Shown piece after piece: positions 1-13,032 of a stretch of DNA of 64,000 bases; within the stretch, counting starts at the first letter, position 1; each line of letters opens with the position of its first letter. Where the stretch lies: the NCBI GenBank assembly GCA_032718475.1, contig JAUCBJ010001179.1, forward strand, positions 62,001 through 126,000. Reading direction: 5' to 3'. The notes beneath the pieces are model-generated. The model saw only the letters and a list, made by a program, of their open reading frames with translations. It made no database searches and was not told the DNA's origin. This DNA comes from Nemertoderma westbladi (Eukaryota; Animalia; Xenacoelomorpha). Both the position numbers and the translations under genes were made by a program.

Positions 1-417
1 TTTAAAGTATTTTTTATTGAAAAAGCAGACATAACTATTCCCAGTCCGTTTCTGTAACATTTAGAGAAAAGTTAATTTGTGATACTTCTTTTAGTGTTAA
101 ATTAACAGCAGATTCCAAATTCAGTAACCGTTTTTACATATGATTTGTAGTTCTCGCGATATTTCGGTTCAAACACAACGTTTTTTGATATTTTACGAGA
201 TTTAAAGTATTTTTTATTGAAAAAGCAGACATAACTATTCCCAGTCCGTTTCTGTAACATTTAGAGAAAAGGTAACTTGTGATACTTCTTTTAGTGTTAA
301 ATTAACAGCAGATTCCAAATACAGTAACCGTTTTTACATATGATTTGTAGTTCTCGCGATATTTGGGTTCAAACACAACGTTTTTTGATATTTTACGAGA
401 TTTAAAGTATTTTTTAT
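1..417. repeat. 200-bp satellite array (runs off the window start)
   Basis: Exact 200-bp period (tttaaagtat at 1, 201, 401). Confidence 0.95.
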
Positions 418-644
418 TCGACCTAAATTGAACTAAAATCAGCCAGATGTCCGTCCATTAACTACATATATTTTTTAATAATCGGTATGAAATAATTACA
501 AAAGTTAATAAAGCTAACAAAATAATAAATATACAAACTAGATAAATAAATGCTGTATCACAACACAATTCCGCCTCTTTCTTCAAGTCTTGCTGTTTAT
601 GGTAACCAGCTGACGGCGGCCAGACAATTCTTAGGTAACCATAA

Positions 645-1608
645 TTAGCTCCGGACCAACAACCTAACAGTTCCTCTTAGTCTCTTCAACAATCGGACCA
701 CTTTATCATGGCCCATCCCGTGTAGACTCTTCCCGTTAACCGCGAGTATCTGGTTCCCCCGTCTCAATCTACCGTCGTCCACTGCCGCCCCCTTCGCGTA
801 GACTGTCTTTACGTAGATAGGGAGGTTACCATGGGGACTGCCGTAACCGCCCACAATAGAGAATCCCAGACCCTGGGAACCCCGCTGGAGAGTTACCGTG
901 GTAACCAAATCACTGAAAATAAAAGTTAGTTATATTATATTTGATTTAACGAAAACTACAGAACCTAAAAGGTTATTAAGACCAAGATGTTGCGATCAGT
1001 GACGATCTGATAAAAAAAAAGAAATTCAACTGACCCAGAATTTAACTGTTCGTGTTGTTTCTCAATATTGTCCAACTCCATCGTATCTTGACTTGACTGA
1101 CTAACTTCTGTTGTTTTTGATTCTGCGAAATGAAATAGAAACAAATAAAATAGTCATATAGAAATTCACACAACTTCTTAGGAAGCCAACCACTTACACG
1201 AAATTATAAAGAAAGTCAATTAAATGAATACTGGATATAAACAAATAACTATGTTTATGACTTATTGCTGTTTGTATTGCGTGTGTGTGTGTATGCCGAG
1301 TGTTTGTGGCTGTGGCATAGCGCGGCCTTCCAGTAAGTAGGCCGAGTTAATATACAATTAATTTACATTTTAGAATGATAATCAACTAATAAACAAACAG
1401 CTGGGAAGCAGCACTACAAACTCGGATCGATTACTTTTTCCGTGTAATATATTTATAGCTTTATCAAAACCGGCAGTATAGGCCTACAGTGCCGCGCAAT
1501 TACTGTGAAATGTTAAACAGTTTAGGATTCATTGAGTCAGCAAACATAAATAAATATTTAACATATAAACCTGAAGGTAGGCCTGTAGGTGATTCCTCTT
1601 TGTAGTAT
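645..1608 (-). pseudogene. Duplicated MPDZ 3' fragment, copy 1: exon H 645-912 intact (GSQG), exon G 1035-1122 intact, exon F remnant 1571-1608
   Basis: Near-identical to 43420-44346; splice sites kept; truncated at junction. Confidence 0.9.
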
Positions 1609-2533
1609 CCCTAGGCCACGGATTCCAGAGGGGAGGACCACATTAATTCAGTCATTCTAGAACACCGACCCTGGGAATTGTATAATAATAAAATAATATA
1701 ATAATATACATTGACTTTATCTAGTTCAGTTAGTTAATCTCAATCACAAAATAATAATATACACACTCATAATGAATTACCTTTGTAACAATAATTGTCT
1801 GTCCCAACTCTTTAATATTATTAAATTGCAAATGGCCGGCCGGTAATTCTTGTAAGGAATCCTGGAGAATGGACGGCTTCTTTATAATAATGCAGATACT
1901 ATTCGTGAATAAAAACCAAACTGAACTCTATAAGTAATAAGTTAAACCAGACCACCGCACCGAGTGAATTATTACAACAAAGCGAAAGTGTTAAAAGTTT
2001 AAAGAAAGTTTAAAGTGATAGAATTTGTGCGGAGCTATATTAATATATTTTCGTTGTCTATAACACAACAAAGGTAACAAGTGTCTGGCCATTGACCTAC
2101 AATGGAACTCACAACCACCCAACCCACCCACACAATGAACGAAGCAGAGTACGTTGTATGACAGCCCGCCAGGCTGGCGCCTCCTACAACTAACATGCAC
2201 ACGCAGCTCGGCCACCTTGGCAATATTGGTTGTAAAATTCTGTTGTAAATATTTTCGAAGTCAATAAATAATTACACTTGAAATGCACTGTAGAGGGGTG
2301 GGGAGGTGTTACCGATGTCGCCCGGTGAATCTGAGCGTTTTTGGTGATCATTTCCTTAAAACATATTTTTTAAGCTCTATCTCGTGGTGTCGGTTAGAAC
2401 GCGCGAAAGCGAAAATCGATGGTCATTTTTGAAAAAAATCGGAAGTTATTTGACAAAATGATGGCTAATTTTGGGAAGGGCTTTTGTGTTGGCAATCCAA
2501 TTTAAATGAAAGGTGTTCTTCGGATAATTTGAA

Positions 2534-2762
2534 TTAATAACGAGTGCCTTACATAACGGCGCAGTGCACTTAAAAACGAGTGCACTGCATAACGGCGCAG
2601 TGCACTTAATAACGAGTGCCCTACATAACGGCGCAATGCACTTAATAACGAGTGCCCTACATAACGGCACAGTGCACTTTATAACGGCGCAGTGCACTTC
2701 ATAAAGGTGTAGTGCACTTCATAAAGGTGTTAGTAATGCACTTCATAACGATGCAGTGCACT
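2534..2762. repeat. 36-bp GTGCAC minisatellite grading into 20-bp units
   Basis: Unit cacttaataacgagtgccctacataacggcacagtg. Confidence 0.9.
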
Positions 2763-2764
2763 AA

Positions 2765-5374
2765 ATGTTATATGCTTTTCTATATGCTATGATATATGTT
2801 ATATGTTATGCTATAGTACATGCTATGCTATATGCTATTCTATATGCTATGCTATATGTTATATGCTATAAGCTATATGTTATATGTTATGCTATAGTAC
2901 ATGCTATGCTATATGCTTTATGCTATATGCTATATGCTATGCTGTAAGCTATATGCTATACTATATGCTATGCTATATGCTATATGTTATATGTTATGCT
3001 ATAGTACATGCTATGCTATATGCTTTATGTTATATGCTATATGCTATATGCTATATGCTATGCTATATGCGATTTGCTATAAGCTATATGTTATATGTTA
3101 TGCTATAGTACATGCTATGCTATATGCTTTATGCTATATGCTATGTTATATGCTATTCTATATGCTATGCTATATGCTATGCTATGCTATATGCTATGCT
3201 ATATGCTATGCTATATGCTATGCTATATGCTATGCTATATGCTATGCTATATGCTATGCTATATGCTATGCTATATGCTATGCTATACGCTATGCTATAC
3301 GCTATGCTATGCTATATGCTATGCTATATGCTATGCTATATGCTATGCTATATGCTATGCTATATGCTATGCTATATGCTATGCTATATGCTATGCTATA
3401 TGCTATGCTATATGCTATGCTATATGCTATGCTATGCTATGCTATGCTATGCTATGCTATGCTATGCTATGCTATGCTATGCTATATGCTATGCTATATG
3501 CTATGCTATACGCTATGCTATACGCTATGCTATGCTATATGCTATGCTATATGCTATGCTATATGCTATGCTATATGCTATGCTATATGCTATGCTATAT
3601 GCTATGCTATATGCTATGCTATATTCTATGCTATATGCTATGCTATATGCTATGCTATGCTATGCTATGCTATGCTATGCTATGCTATGCTATGCTATGC
3701 TATGATATGATATGCTATGTTATGCTATGCTATGCTATGCTATGCTATGCTATGCTATGCTATGCTATGCTATGCTATGCTATGCTATGCTATGCTATGA
3801 TATGATATGCTATGCTTTGCTATGCTATGCTATGCTATGCTATGATATGATATGCTATGTTATGCTATGCTCTGCTATGCTATGTTATGCTATGCTATGC
3901 TATGCTATGCTTTGCTATGCTATGCTATGCTATGCTATGCTATGCTATGCTATGCTATGCTATGCTATGCTATGCTATGCTATGCTATGATATGATATGC
4001 TATGTTATGCTATGCTCTGCTATGCTATGTTATGCTATGCTATGCTATGCTATGCTTTGCTATGCTATGCTATGCTATGCTATGCTATGCTATGCTATGC
4101 TATGCTATGATATGCTATGCTATGCTATGCTATGCTATGCTACGCTATGCTATGCTATGCTATGCTATGCTATGCTATGCTATGATATGCTATGCTATGC
4201 TATGCTATGCTATGATATGATATGATATGTTATGCTATGCTATGCTATGCTATGCTATGCTATGCTATGCTATGCTATGCTATGATATGATATGCTATGC
4301 TTTGCTATGCTATGCTATGCTATGCTATGATATGATATGCTATGTTATGCTATGCTATGCTCTGCTATGCTATGTTATGCTATGCTTTGCTATGCTATGC
4401 TATGCTATGCTATGATATGATATGCTATGCTTTGCTATGCTATGCTATGCTATGCTATGATATGATATGCTATGTTATGCTATGCTCTGCTATGCTATGT
4501 TATGCTATGCTATGCTATGCTATGCTTTGCTATGCTATGCTATGCTATGCTATGCTATGCTATGCTATGCTATGCTATGCTATGCTATGCTATGCTATGC
4601 TATGCTATGCTATGCTATGCTATGCTATGATATGATATGCTATGTTATGCTATGCTCTGCTATGCTATGTTATGCTATGCTATGCTATGCTATGCTTTGC
4701 TATGCTATGCTATGCTATGCTATGCTATGCTATGCTATGCTATGATATGCTATGCTATGCTATGCTATGCTATGCTATGCTATGCTATGCTATGCTATGC
4801 TATGCTATGATATGATATGATATGTTATGCTATGCTATGCTATGCTATGCTATGCTATGCTATGCTATGCTATGATATGATATGCTATGCTTTGCTATGC
4901 TATGCTATGCTATGCTATGATATGATATGCTATGTTATGCTATGCTATGCTCTGCTATGCTATGTTATGCTATGCTTTGCTATGCTATGCTATGCTATGC
5001 TATGATATGATATGCTATGTTATGCTATGCTATGCTCTGCTATGCTATGTTATGCTATGCTATGCTATGCTATGCTTTGCTATGCTATGCTATGCATGCT
5101 ATGCTATGCTATGCTATGCTATGCTATGCTATGCTATGCTATGCTATGCTATGCTATGCTATGCTATGCTATGCTATGCTATGATATGCTATGCTATGTT
5201 ATGCTATGCTATGCTATGCTATGTTATGCTATGCTATGCTATGCTATGCTTTGCTATGCTATGCTATGCTACGCTATGCTATGCTATGCTATGCTATGCT
5301 ATGATATGCTATGCTATGCTATGCTATGCTATGCTATGCTATGCTATGCTATGCTATGCTATGCTATGTTATGT
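2765..5374. repeat. (TATGC)n / (TATATGC)n satellite, about 2.6 kb
   Basis: 5-, 7- and 12-bp periodic units; source of the MLCYA pseudo-ORFs. Confidence 0.97.
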
Positions 5375-7142
5375 TTGTCAAAATGTCATTTTGAAATTTT
5401 GACATGTCATTTTGCAAAAATGTCATTTTCAAAATGAAATTATGAAATGTCATTTTGTCAAAATGTCAATGTGTCAATATGTCACTTTCAAATTGACACT
5501 TTGACATGTCTTTTTGTCAAAATGTCACTTTCGAATTGACATTTTGATGTGTCATTTTGCCAAAATGTCACTTTCAAATTGACACTTTGACATGTCTTTT
5601 TGTGAAAATGTCACTTTCGAATTGACATTTTGACATGTCATTTTGCCAAAATGTCACTTTCGAATAGACATTTTGACATGTCATTTTGCCAACATGTCAC
5701 TTTCAAATTGACATTTTGATGTGTCATTTTGCCAAAATGTCACTTTCAAATTGACACTTTGACATGTCTTTTTGTGAAAATGTCACTTTCGAATTGACAT
5801 TTTGACATGTCATTTTGCCAAAATGTCACTTTCGAATAGACATTTTGACATGTCATTTTGCCAACATGTCACTTTCAAATTGACATTTTGACATGTCATT
5901 TTGCCAAAATGTCACTTTCAAATTGACAGTTTGACATGTCATTTTGTCAAAATGTCACTTTCAAATTGACACTTTGACATGTCATTTTGCCAAAATGTCA
6001 CTTTCAAATTGACATTTTGACATGTCATTTTGCCAAAATGTCACTTTCGAATTGACATTTTGACATGTCATTTTGCCAAAATGTCACTTTCGAATAGACA
6101 TGTTGACATGTCATTATGCCAACATGTCACTTTCAAATTGACACTTTAACATGTCATTTTGCCAAAATGTCAATGTGTCAAAATGTCACTTGACATGTCA
6201 TTTTGCCAAAATGTCACTTTCAAATTGACATTTTGACATGTCATTTTGCCAAAATGTCACTTTCGAATTGACATTTTGACATGTCATTTTGCCAAAATGT
6301 CACTTTCGAATTGACATTTTGACATGTCATTTTGCCAAAATGTCAATGTGTCAAAATGTCACTTGACATGTCATTTTGCCAAAATGTCACTTTCGAATAG
6401 ACATTTTGACATGTCATTTTGCCAACATGTCACTTTCAAATTGACACTTTAACATGTCATTTTGCAAAAATGTCAGTTTCAAGTTGACATTTTGACATGT
6501 CATTTTGCCAAAATGTCACTTTCGAATTGACATTTTGACATGTCATTTTGCCAAAACGTCAATGTGTCAATATGTCACTTTCAAATTGACAGTTTGACAT
6601 GTCATTGTTTCAAAAAGTCACTTTCAAATTGACACTTTGACTTGTCATTTTGCCAAAATGTCACTTTCAAATTGATATTTTGACATGTCATTTTGCCAAA
6701 ATGTCACTTTCGAATTGACATTTTGACATGTCATTTTGCCAAAATGTTACTTACGAATAGACATTTTGACATGTCATTTTGCCAACATGTCACTTTCATA
6801 TTGACATTTTGACATGTCATTTTGCCAAAATGTAACTTTCAAATTGACACTTTAACATGTCACTTTCGAATTGACATTTAGGACATGTCATTTTGCCAAA
6901 ATGTAACTTTCGAATTGACATTTTGACATGTCATTTTGTCAAAATGTCAATGTGTCAATATGTCACTTTCAAATTGACAGTTTGACATGTCATTTTGTCA
7001 AAATGTCACTTTCAAATTGACATTATGACATGTCATTTTGCCAAAATGTCATTTTCAAATTGACATTTTGACAGGTAATTTTGCCAAAAAGTCACTTTCG
7101 AATTGACATTTTGACATGTCATTATGTCAAAATGTCATTTTT
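5375..7142. repeat. 43-bp palindromic TGACA/TGTCA minisatellite
   Basis: Unit tgacattttgacatgtcattttgccaaaatgtcactttcaaat. Confidence 0.95.
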
Positions 7143-8400
7143 AAAAAGCAAACATAACTATTCCCAGTCCGTTTCTGTAACATTTAGAGAAAAGTTCACT
7201 TGTGATACTTCTTTTAGTGTTAAATTAACAGCAGATTCCAAATACAGTAACCGTTTTTACATATGATTTGTAGTTCTCGCGATATTTGGGTTCAAACACA
7301 ACGTTTTTTGATATTTTACGAGATTTAAAGTATTTTTTATTGAAAAAGCAGACATAACTATTCCCAGTCCGTTTCTGTAACATTTAGAGAAAAGGTAACT
7401 TGTGATACTTCTTTTAGTGTTAAATTAACAGCAGATTCCAAATACAGTAACCGTTTTTACATATGATTTGTAGTTCTCGCGATATTTGGGTTCAAACACA
7501 ACGTTTTTTGATATTTTACGAGATTTAAAGTATTTTTTATTGAAAAAGCAGACATAACTATTCCCAGTCCGTTTCTGTAACATTTAGAGAAAAGGTAACT
7601 TGTGATACTTCTTTTAGTGTTAAATTAACAGCAGATTCCAAATACAGTAACCGTTTTTACATATGATTTGTAGTTCTCGCGATATTTGGGTTCAAACACA
7701 ACGTTTTTTGATATTTTACGAGATTTAAAGTATTTTTTATTGAAAAAGCAGACATAACTATTCCCAGTCCGTTTCTGTAACATTTAGAGAAAAGTTAACT
7801 TGTGATACTTCTTTTAGTGTTAAATTAACAGCAGATTCCAAATTCAGTAACCGTTTTTACATATGATTTGTAGTTCTCGCGATATTTGGGTTCAAACACA
7901 ACGTTTTTTGATATTTTACGAGATTTAAAGTATTTTTTATTGAAAAAGCAGACATAACTATTCCCAGTCCGTTTCTGTAACATTTAGAGAAAAGGTAACT
8001 TGTGATACTTCTTTTAGTGTTAAATTAACAGCAGATTCCAAATACAGTAACCGTTTTTACATATGATTTGTAGTTCTCGCGATATTTCGGTTCAAACACA
8101 ACGTTTTTTGATATTTTACGAGATTTAAAGTATTTTTTATTGAAAAAGCAGACATAACTATTCCCAGTCCGTTTCTGTAACATTTAGAGAAAAGGTAACT
8201 TGTGATACTTCTTTTAGTGTTAAATTAACAGCAGATTCCAAATACAGTAACCGTTTTTACATATGATTTGTAGTTCTCGCGATATTTGGGTTCAAACACA
8301 ACGTTTTTTGATATTTTACGAGATTTAAAGTATTTTTTATTGAAAAAGCAGACATAACTGTTCCGAGTCCGTTTCTGTAACATTTAGAGAAAAGGTAACT
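7143..8400. repeat. 200-bp satellite array, about 6 monomers
   Basis: 200-bp period. Confidence 0.95.
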
Positions 8401-9189
8401 ACTGTTCAATTTATTTTATAACGCTCTATAATCTTTTATTAAATAATTGAGCAATAAATAAGTACAGTAGTGTTACAAAATAAATTGAACTGTAGTATTT
8501 TACTATATTGCTTCCATAGTTACTGCAATTCAATTTACTGTACTCTTCAACTCCTGATACCGCCTTTCTCAATGTTAAATAAATTAGTGTTATCGAATAT
8601 TTATTACGTAACTAGAGAGCCTCTTAACAATATAAACTAATATTGGATATGGAGTTCCGTTATGGAATTCGCCTTGCAGACACTAAATTTGCAATAACTT
8701 TTGAGTGTTTAAATGGATTTTGCTCAAATTACTTGCAAACCTTTTCTACTTCAGTGCCCTTTTAATACTTGCAACAAAATATAACAAATTCCACAAATGA
8801 TTTTATTTTACATTTTTCGCTGTGAAAAACTAAAATCAATGCAATGATACTTTTTTTCCCTATAGGAAAAAAGTGCAACTTTTTCTCCCGATATTGGGGT
8901 AAATTCAAGTGAAAATGTAACAATTTAAGAATAAAAACTGTAAGGTTTTCGTATCCACGGAATCGACCTAAATTGAACTAAAATCAGCCAGATGTCCGTC
9001 CATTAACTACATATATTTTTTAATAATCGGTATGAAATAATTACAAAAGTTAATAAAGCTAACAAAATAATAAATATACAAACTAGATAAATAAATACTG
9101 TATCACAACACAATTCCGCCTCTTTCTTCAAGTCTTGCTGTTTATGGTAACCAGCTGACGGCGGCCAGACAATTCTTAGGTAACCATAA

Positions 9190-10314
9190 TTAGCTCCGGA
9201 CCAACAACCTAACAGTTCCTCTTAGTCTCTTCAACAATCGGACCACTTTATCATGGCCCATCCCGTGTAGACTCTTCCCGTTAACCGCGAGTATCTGGTT
9301 CCCCCGTCTCAATCTACCGTCGTCCACTGCCGCCCCCTTCGCGTAGACTGTCTTTACGTAGATAGGGAGGTTACCATGGGGACTGCCGTAACCGCCCACA
9401 ATAGAGAATCCCAGACCCTCGGAACCCCGCTGGAGAGTTACCGTGGTAACCAAATCACTGAAAATAAAAGTTAGTTAGATTATATTTGATTTTACGAAAA
9501 CTACCGAACCTAAAAGGTTATTAAGACCAAGATGTTGCGATCAGTGACGATCTGATAAAAAAAAAGAAATTCAACTGACCCAGAATTTAACTGTTCGTGT
9601 TGTTTCTCAATATTGTCCAACTCCATCGTATCTTGACTTGACTGACTAACTTCTGTTGTTTTTGAATCTGCGAAATGAAATAGAAACAAATAAAATAGTC
9701 ATCTAGAAATTCACACAACTTCTTAGGAAGCCAACCACTTACACGAAATTATAAAGAAAGTCAATTAAATGAATACTGGATATAAACAAATAACTATGTT
9801 TATGACTTATTGCTGTTTGTATTGCGTGTGTGTGTGTATGCCGAGTGTTTGTGGCTGTGGCATAGCGCGGCCTTCCAGTAAGTAGGCCGAGTTAATATAC
9901 AATTAATTTACATTTTAGAATGATAATCAACTAATAAACAAACAGCTGGGAAGCAGCACTACAAACTCGGATCGATTACTTTTTCCGTGTAATATATTTA
10001 TAGCTTTATCAAAACCGGCAGTATAGGCCTACAGTGCCGCGCGCAATTACTGTGAAATGTTAAACAGTTTAGGATTCATTGAGTCAGCAAACATAAATAA
10101 ATATTTAACATATAAACCTGAAGGTAGGCCTGTTGGTGATTCCTCTTTGTAGTATTCCTTGGCGTAATCCTGATACAGTCTCTCAAAGTCTCCCTTGTAA
10201 ACAACATCCTCAGGGTCGGCCTCACTGACAGCACCACTACCATCGGCGTTGGCTTCCCCATCCAATGGACTGTCTACAGACCCAGACAGGTCGAGCTGCA
10301 GAGACGGGGGGGTT
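9190..10314 (-). pseudogene. Duplicated MPDZ 3' fragment, copy 2: exon H 9190-9457 intact (GSEG), exon G 9580-9667, exon F remnant 10118-10314
   Basis: Near-identical to 43420-44505; diverges from the native gene after GGGGGGGTT. Confidence 0.9.
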
Positions 10315-11060
10315 GAACACAAATAGACCCGAGGTGGTGAACGCGAGCTGGAGGTGGTGGGAACGGAAGGCCACGGATTCCAGAGGGGAGGACAACATTA
10401 ATTCAGTCATTCTAGAACACCGACCCTGGGAATTGTATAATAATAAAATAATATAATAATATACATTGACTTTATCTAGTTCAGTTAGTTAATCTCAATC
10501 ACAAAATAATAATATACACACTCATAATGAATTACCTTTGTAACAATAATTGTCTGTCCCAACTCTTTAATATTATTAAATTGCAAATGGCCGGCCGGTA
10601 ATTCTTGTAAGGAATCCTGGAGAATGGACGGCTTCTTTATAATAATGCAGATACTATTCGTGAATAAAAACCAAACTGAACTCTAAGTAATAAGTTAAAC
10701 CAGACCACCGCACCGTGAATTATTACAACAAAGCGAAAGTGTTAAAAGTTTAAAGAAAGTTTAAAGTGATAGAATTTGTGCAGAGCTATATTAATATATT
10801 TTCTGTGTCTATAACACAACAAAGGTAACAAGTGTCTGGCCATTGACCTACATTGGAACTCACAAGCAACCAACCCACCCACACAATGAACGAAGCACAG
10901 TACGTTGTATGTCAGCCCGCCAGGCTGGCGCCTCCTACAACACACGCAGCTCAGCAGCCACCTTGTCAATATTGGTTGTAAAATTCTGTTGTAAATATTT
11001 TCGAAGTCAATAAATAATTACACTTGAAATGCACTGTAGAGGGGTGGGGAGGTGTTAGCG
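10315..11060 (-). other. Putative promoter and first exons of an unidentified neighbouring gene X (exon X1 10536-10653, intron 10426-10535, exon X2 from 10425 with ATG); also at about 1609-2310, 20585-21320, 29532-30215
   Basis: 110-nt AT-rich GT-AG intron with a CTAAC element; X1 acceptor is TAG in copies 1-3 and CAG in copy 4; X1-X2 open in one frame; upstream GTGAGT donor, CCAAT box and CACCC motif. Confidence 0.45.
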
Positions 11061-11279
11061 ATGTCGCCCGGTGAATCTGAGCGTTTTTGGTGATCATTTC
11101 CTTAAAACATATTTTTTATGCTCTATCTCGTGGTGTGGGTTAGAACGCGCGAAAGCGAAAATCGATGGTCATTTTTGAAAAAAATCTGAAGTTATTTCGG
11201 TAAATTGCGGCTAATTAACGGAAGGGCTTTTGTGTTGGCAATCCAATTTAAATGAAAGGTGTTCTTCGGATAATTTGAA

Positions 11280-11544
11280 TTAATAACGAGTGCCTTACAT
11301 AACGGCGCAGTGCACTTAATAACGAGCGCACTGCATAACGGCGCAGTGCACTTAATAACGAGTGCCCTACATAACGGCACAATGCAATTAATAACGAGTG
11401 CCCTACATAACAGCACAGTGCACTTAATAACGAGTGCACTGCATAACGGCACAGTGCACTTTATAACGGCGCAGTGCACTTCATAAAGGTGTAGTGCACT
11501 TCATAAAGGTGTTAGTAATGCACTTCATAACGATGCAGTGCACT
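11280..11544. repeat. 36-bp GTGCAC minisatellite
   Basis: Same unit as 2534-2762. Confidence 0.9.
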
Positions 11545-11546
11545 AA

Positions 11547-13032
11547 ATGTTATATGCTTTTCTATATGCTATGATATATGTTATATGTTATGCTATAGTA
11601 CATGCTATGTTATATGCTATTCTATATGCTATGCTATATGTTATATGCTATAAGCTATATGTTATATGTTATGCTATAGTACATGCTATGCTATATGCTT
11701 TATGCTATATGCTTTATGCTATATGCTTTATGCTATATGCTATATGCTATGCTGTATGCTATATGCTATACTATATGCTATGCTATATGCTATATGTTAT
11801 ATGTTATGCTATAGTACATGCTATGCTATATGCTTTATGTTATATGATATATGCTATATGATATATGCTATATGCTATGCTATATGCTATATGCGATTTG
11901 CTATAAGCTATATGTTATATGTTATGCTATAGTACATGCTATGCTATATGCTATATGCTATTCTATATGCTATGCTATATGCTATGCTATATGCTATGCT
12001 ACATGCTATATGCGATTTGCTATAAGCTATATGTTATATGTTATGCTATAGTACATGCTATGATATATGCTATGCTATATGCTATGCTATATGCTATGCT
12101 ATATGCTATGCTATATGCTATGCTATATGCTATGCTATATGCTATGCTATATGCTATGCTATATGCTATGCTATATGCTATGCTATATGCTATGCTATAT
12201 GATATGCTATATGCTATGCTATATGCTATGCTATATGCTATGCTATATGCTATGCTATATGATATGCTATATGCTATGCTATATGCTATGCTATATGCTA
12301 TGCTATATTTTATATGTTATGCTATAGTACATGCTATGCTATATGCTTTATGTTATATGCTATATGCTATATGCTATATGATATATGCTATATGCTATGC
12401 TATATGCTATAATCTATTTGCTATAAGCTATATGTTATATGTTATGCTATAGTACATGCTATGATATAGGCTATATGCTATGCTATATGCTATGCTATAT
12501 GCTATATGCTATGCTATATGCTATGCTATATGCTATGCTATATGCTATATGCGATTTGCTATAAGCTATATGTTATATGTTATGCTATAGTACATGCTAT
12601 GCTATATGCTTTATGCTATATGCTATGTTATATGCTATTCTATATGCTATGCTATATGCTATGCTATATGCTATGCTATATGCTATGCTATATGCTATGC
12701 TATACGCTATGCTATACGCTATGCTATACGCTATGCTATGATATGCTATGCTATGCTATGCTATGCTATGCTATGCTATGCTATGCTATGCTATGCTATG
12801 CTATGCTATGCTATGCTATGCTATGCTATGCTATGCTATGCTATGCTATGCTATGCTATGCTATGCTATGCTATGCTATGCTATGCTATGCTATGCTATG
12901 CTATGCTATGCTATGCTATGCTATGCTATGTTATGCTATGCTATGCTATGCTATGCTATGCTTTGCTATGCTATGCTATGCTATGCTATGCTATGCTATG
13001 CTATGATATGCTATGCTATGCTATGCTATGTT
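11547..13032. repeat. (TATGC)n / (TATATGC)n satellite
   Basis: Visible periodicity. Confidence 0.97.

Noticed and set aside
645-908. 87-aa PDZ ORF as a stand-alone gene starting at TTG
   Set aside because: The TTG is an internal Leu codon 4 nt after a splice acceptor; it is an exon
1609-1680. CTAG at the junction as a Helitron 3' end with gene capture
   Set aside because: No subterminal hairpin; CTAG is absent from the longer junction in copies 2 and 3 and is explained by filler
2375-2420. tRNA A-box-like tggtgtcggttagaacgcg
   Set aside because: No B-box and no cloverleaf
2534-2762. 36-bp repeat as a CRISPR array
   Set aside because: No unique spacers, eukaryotic context, no cas genes
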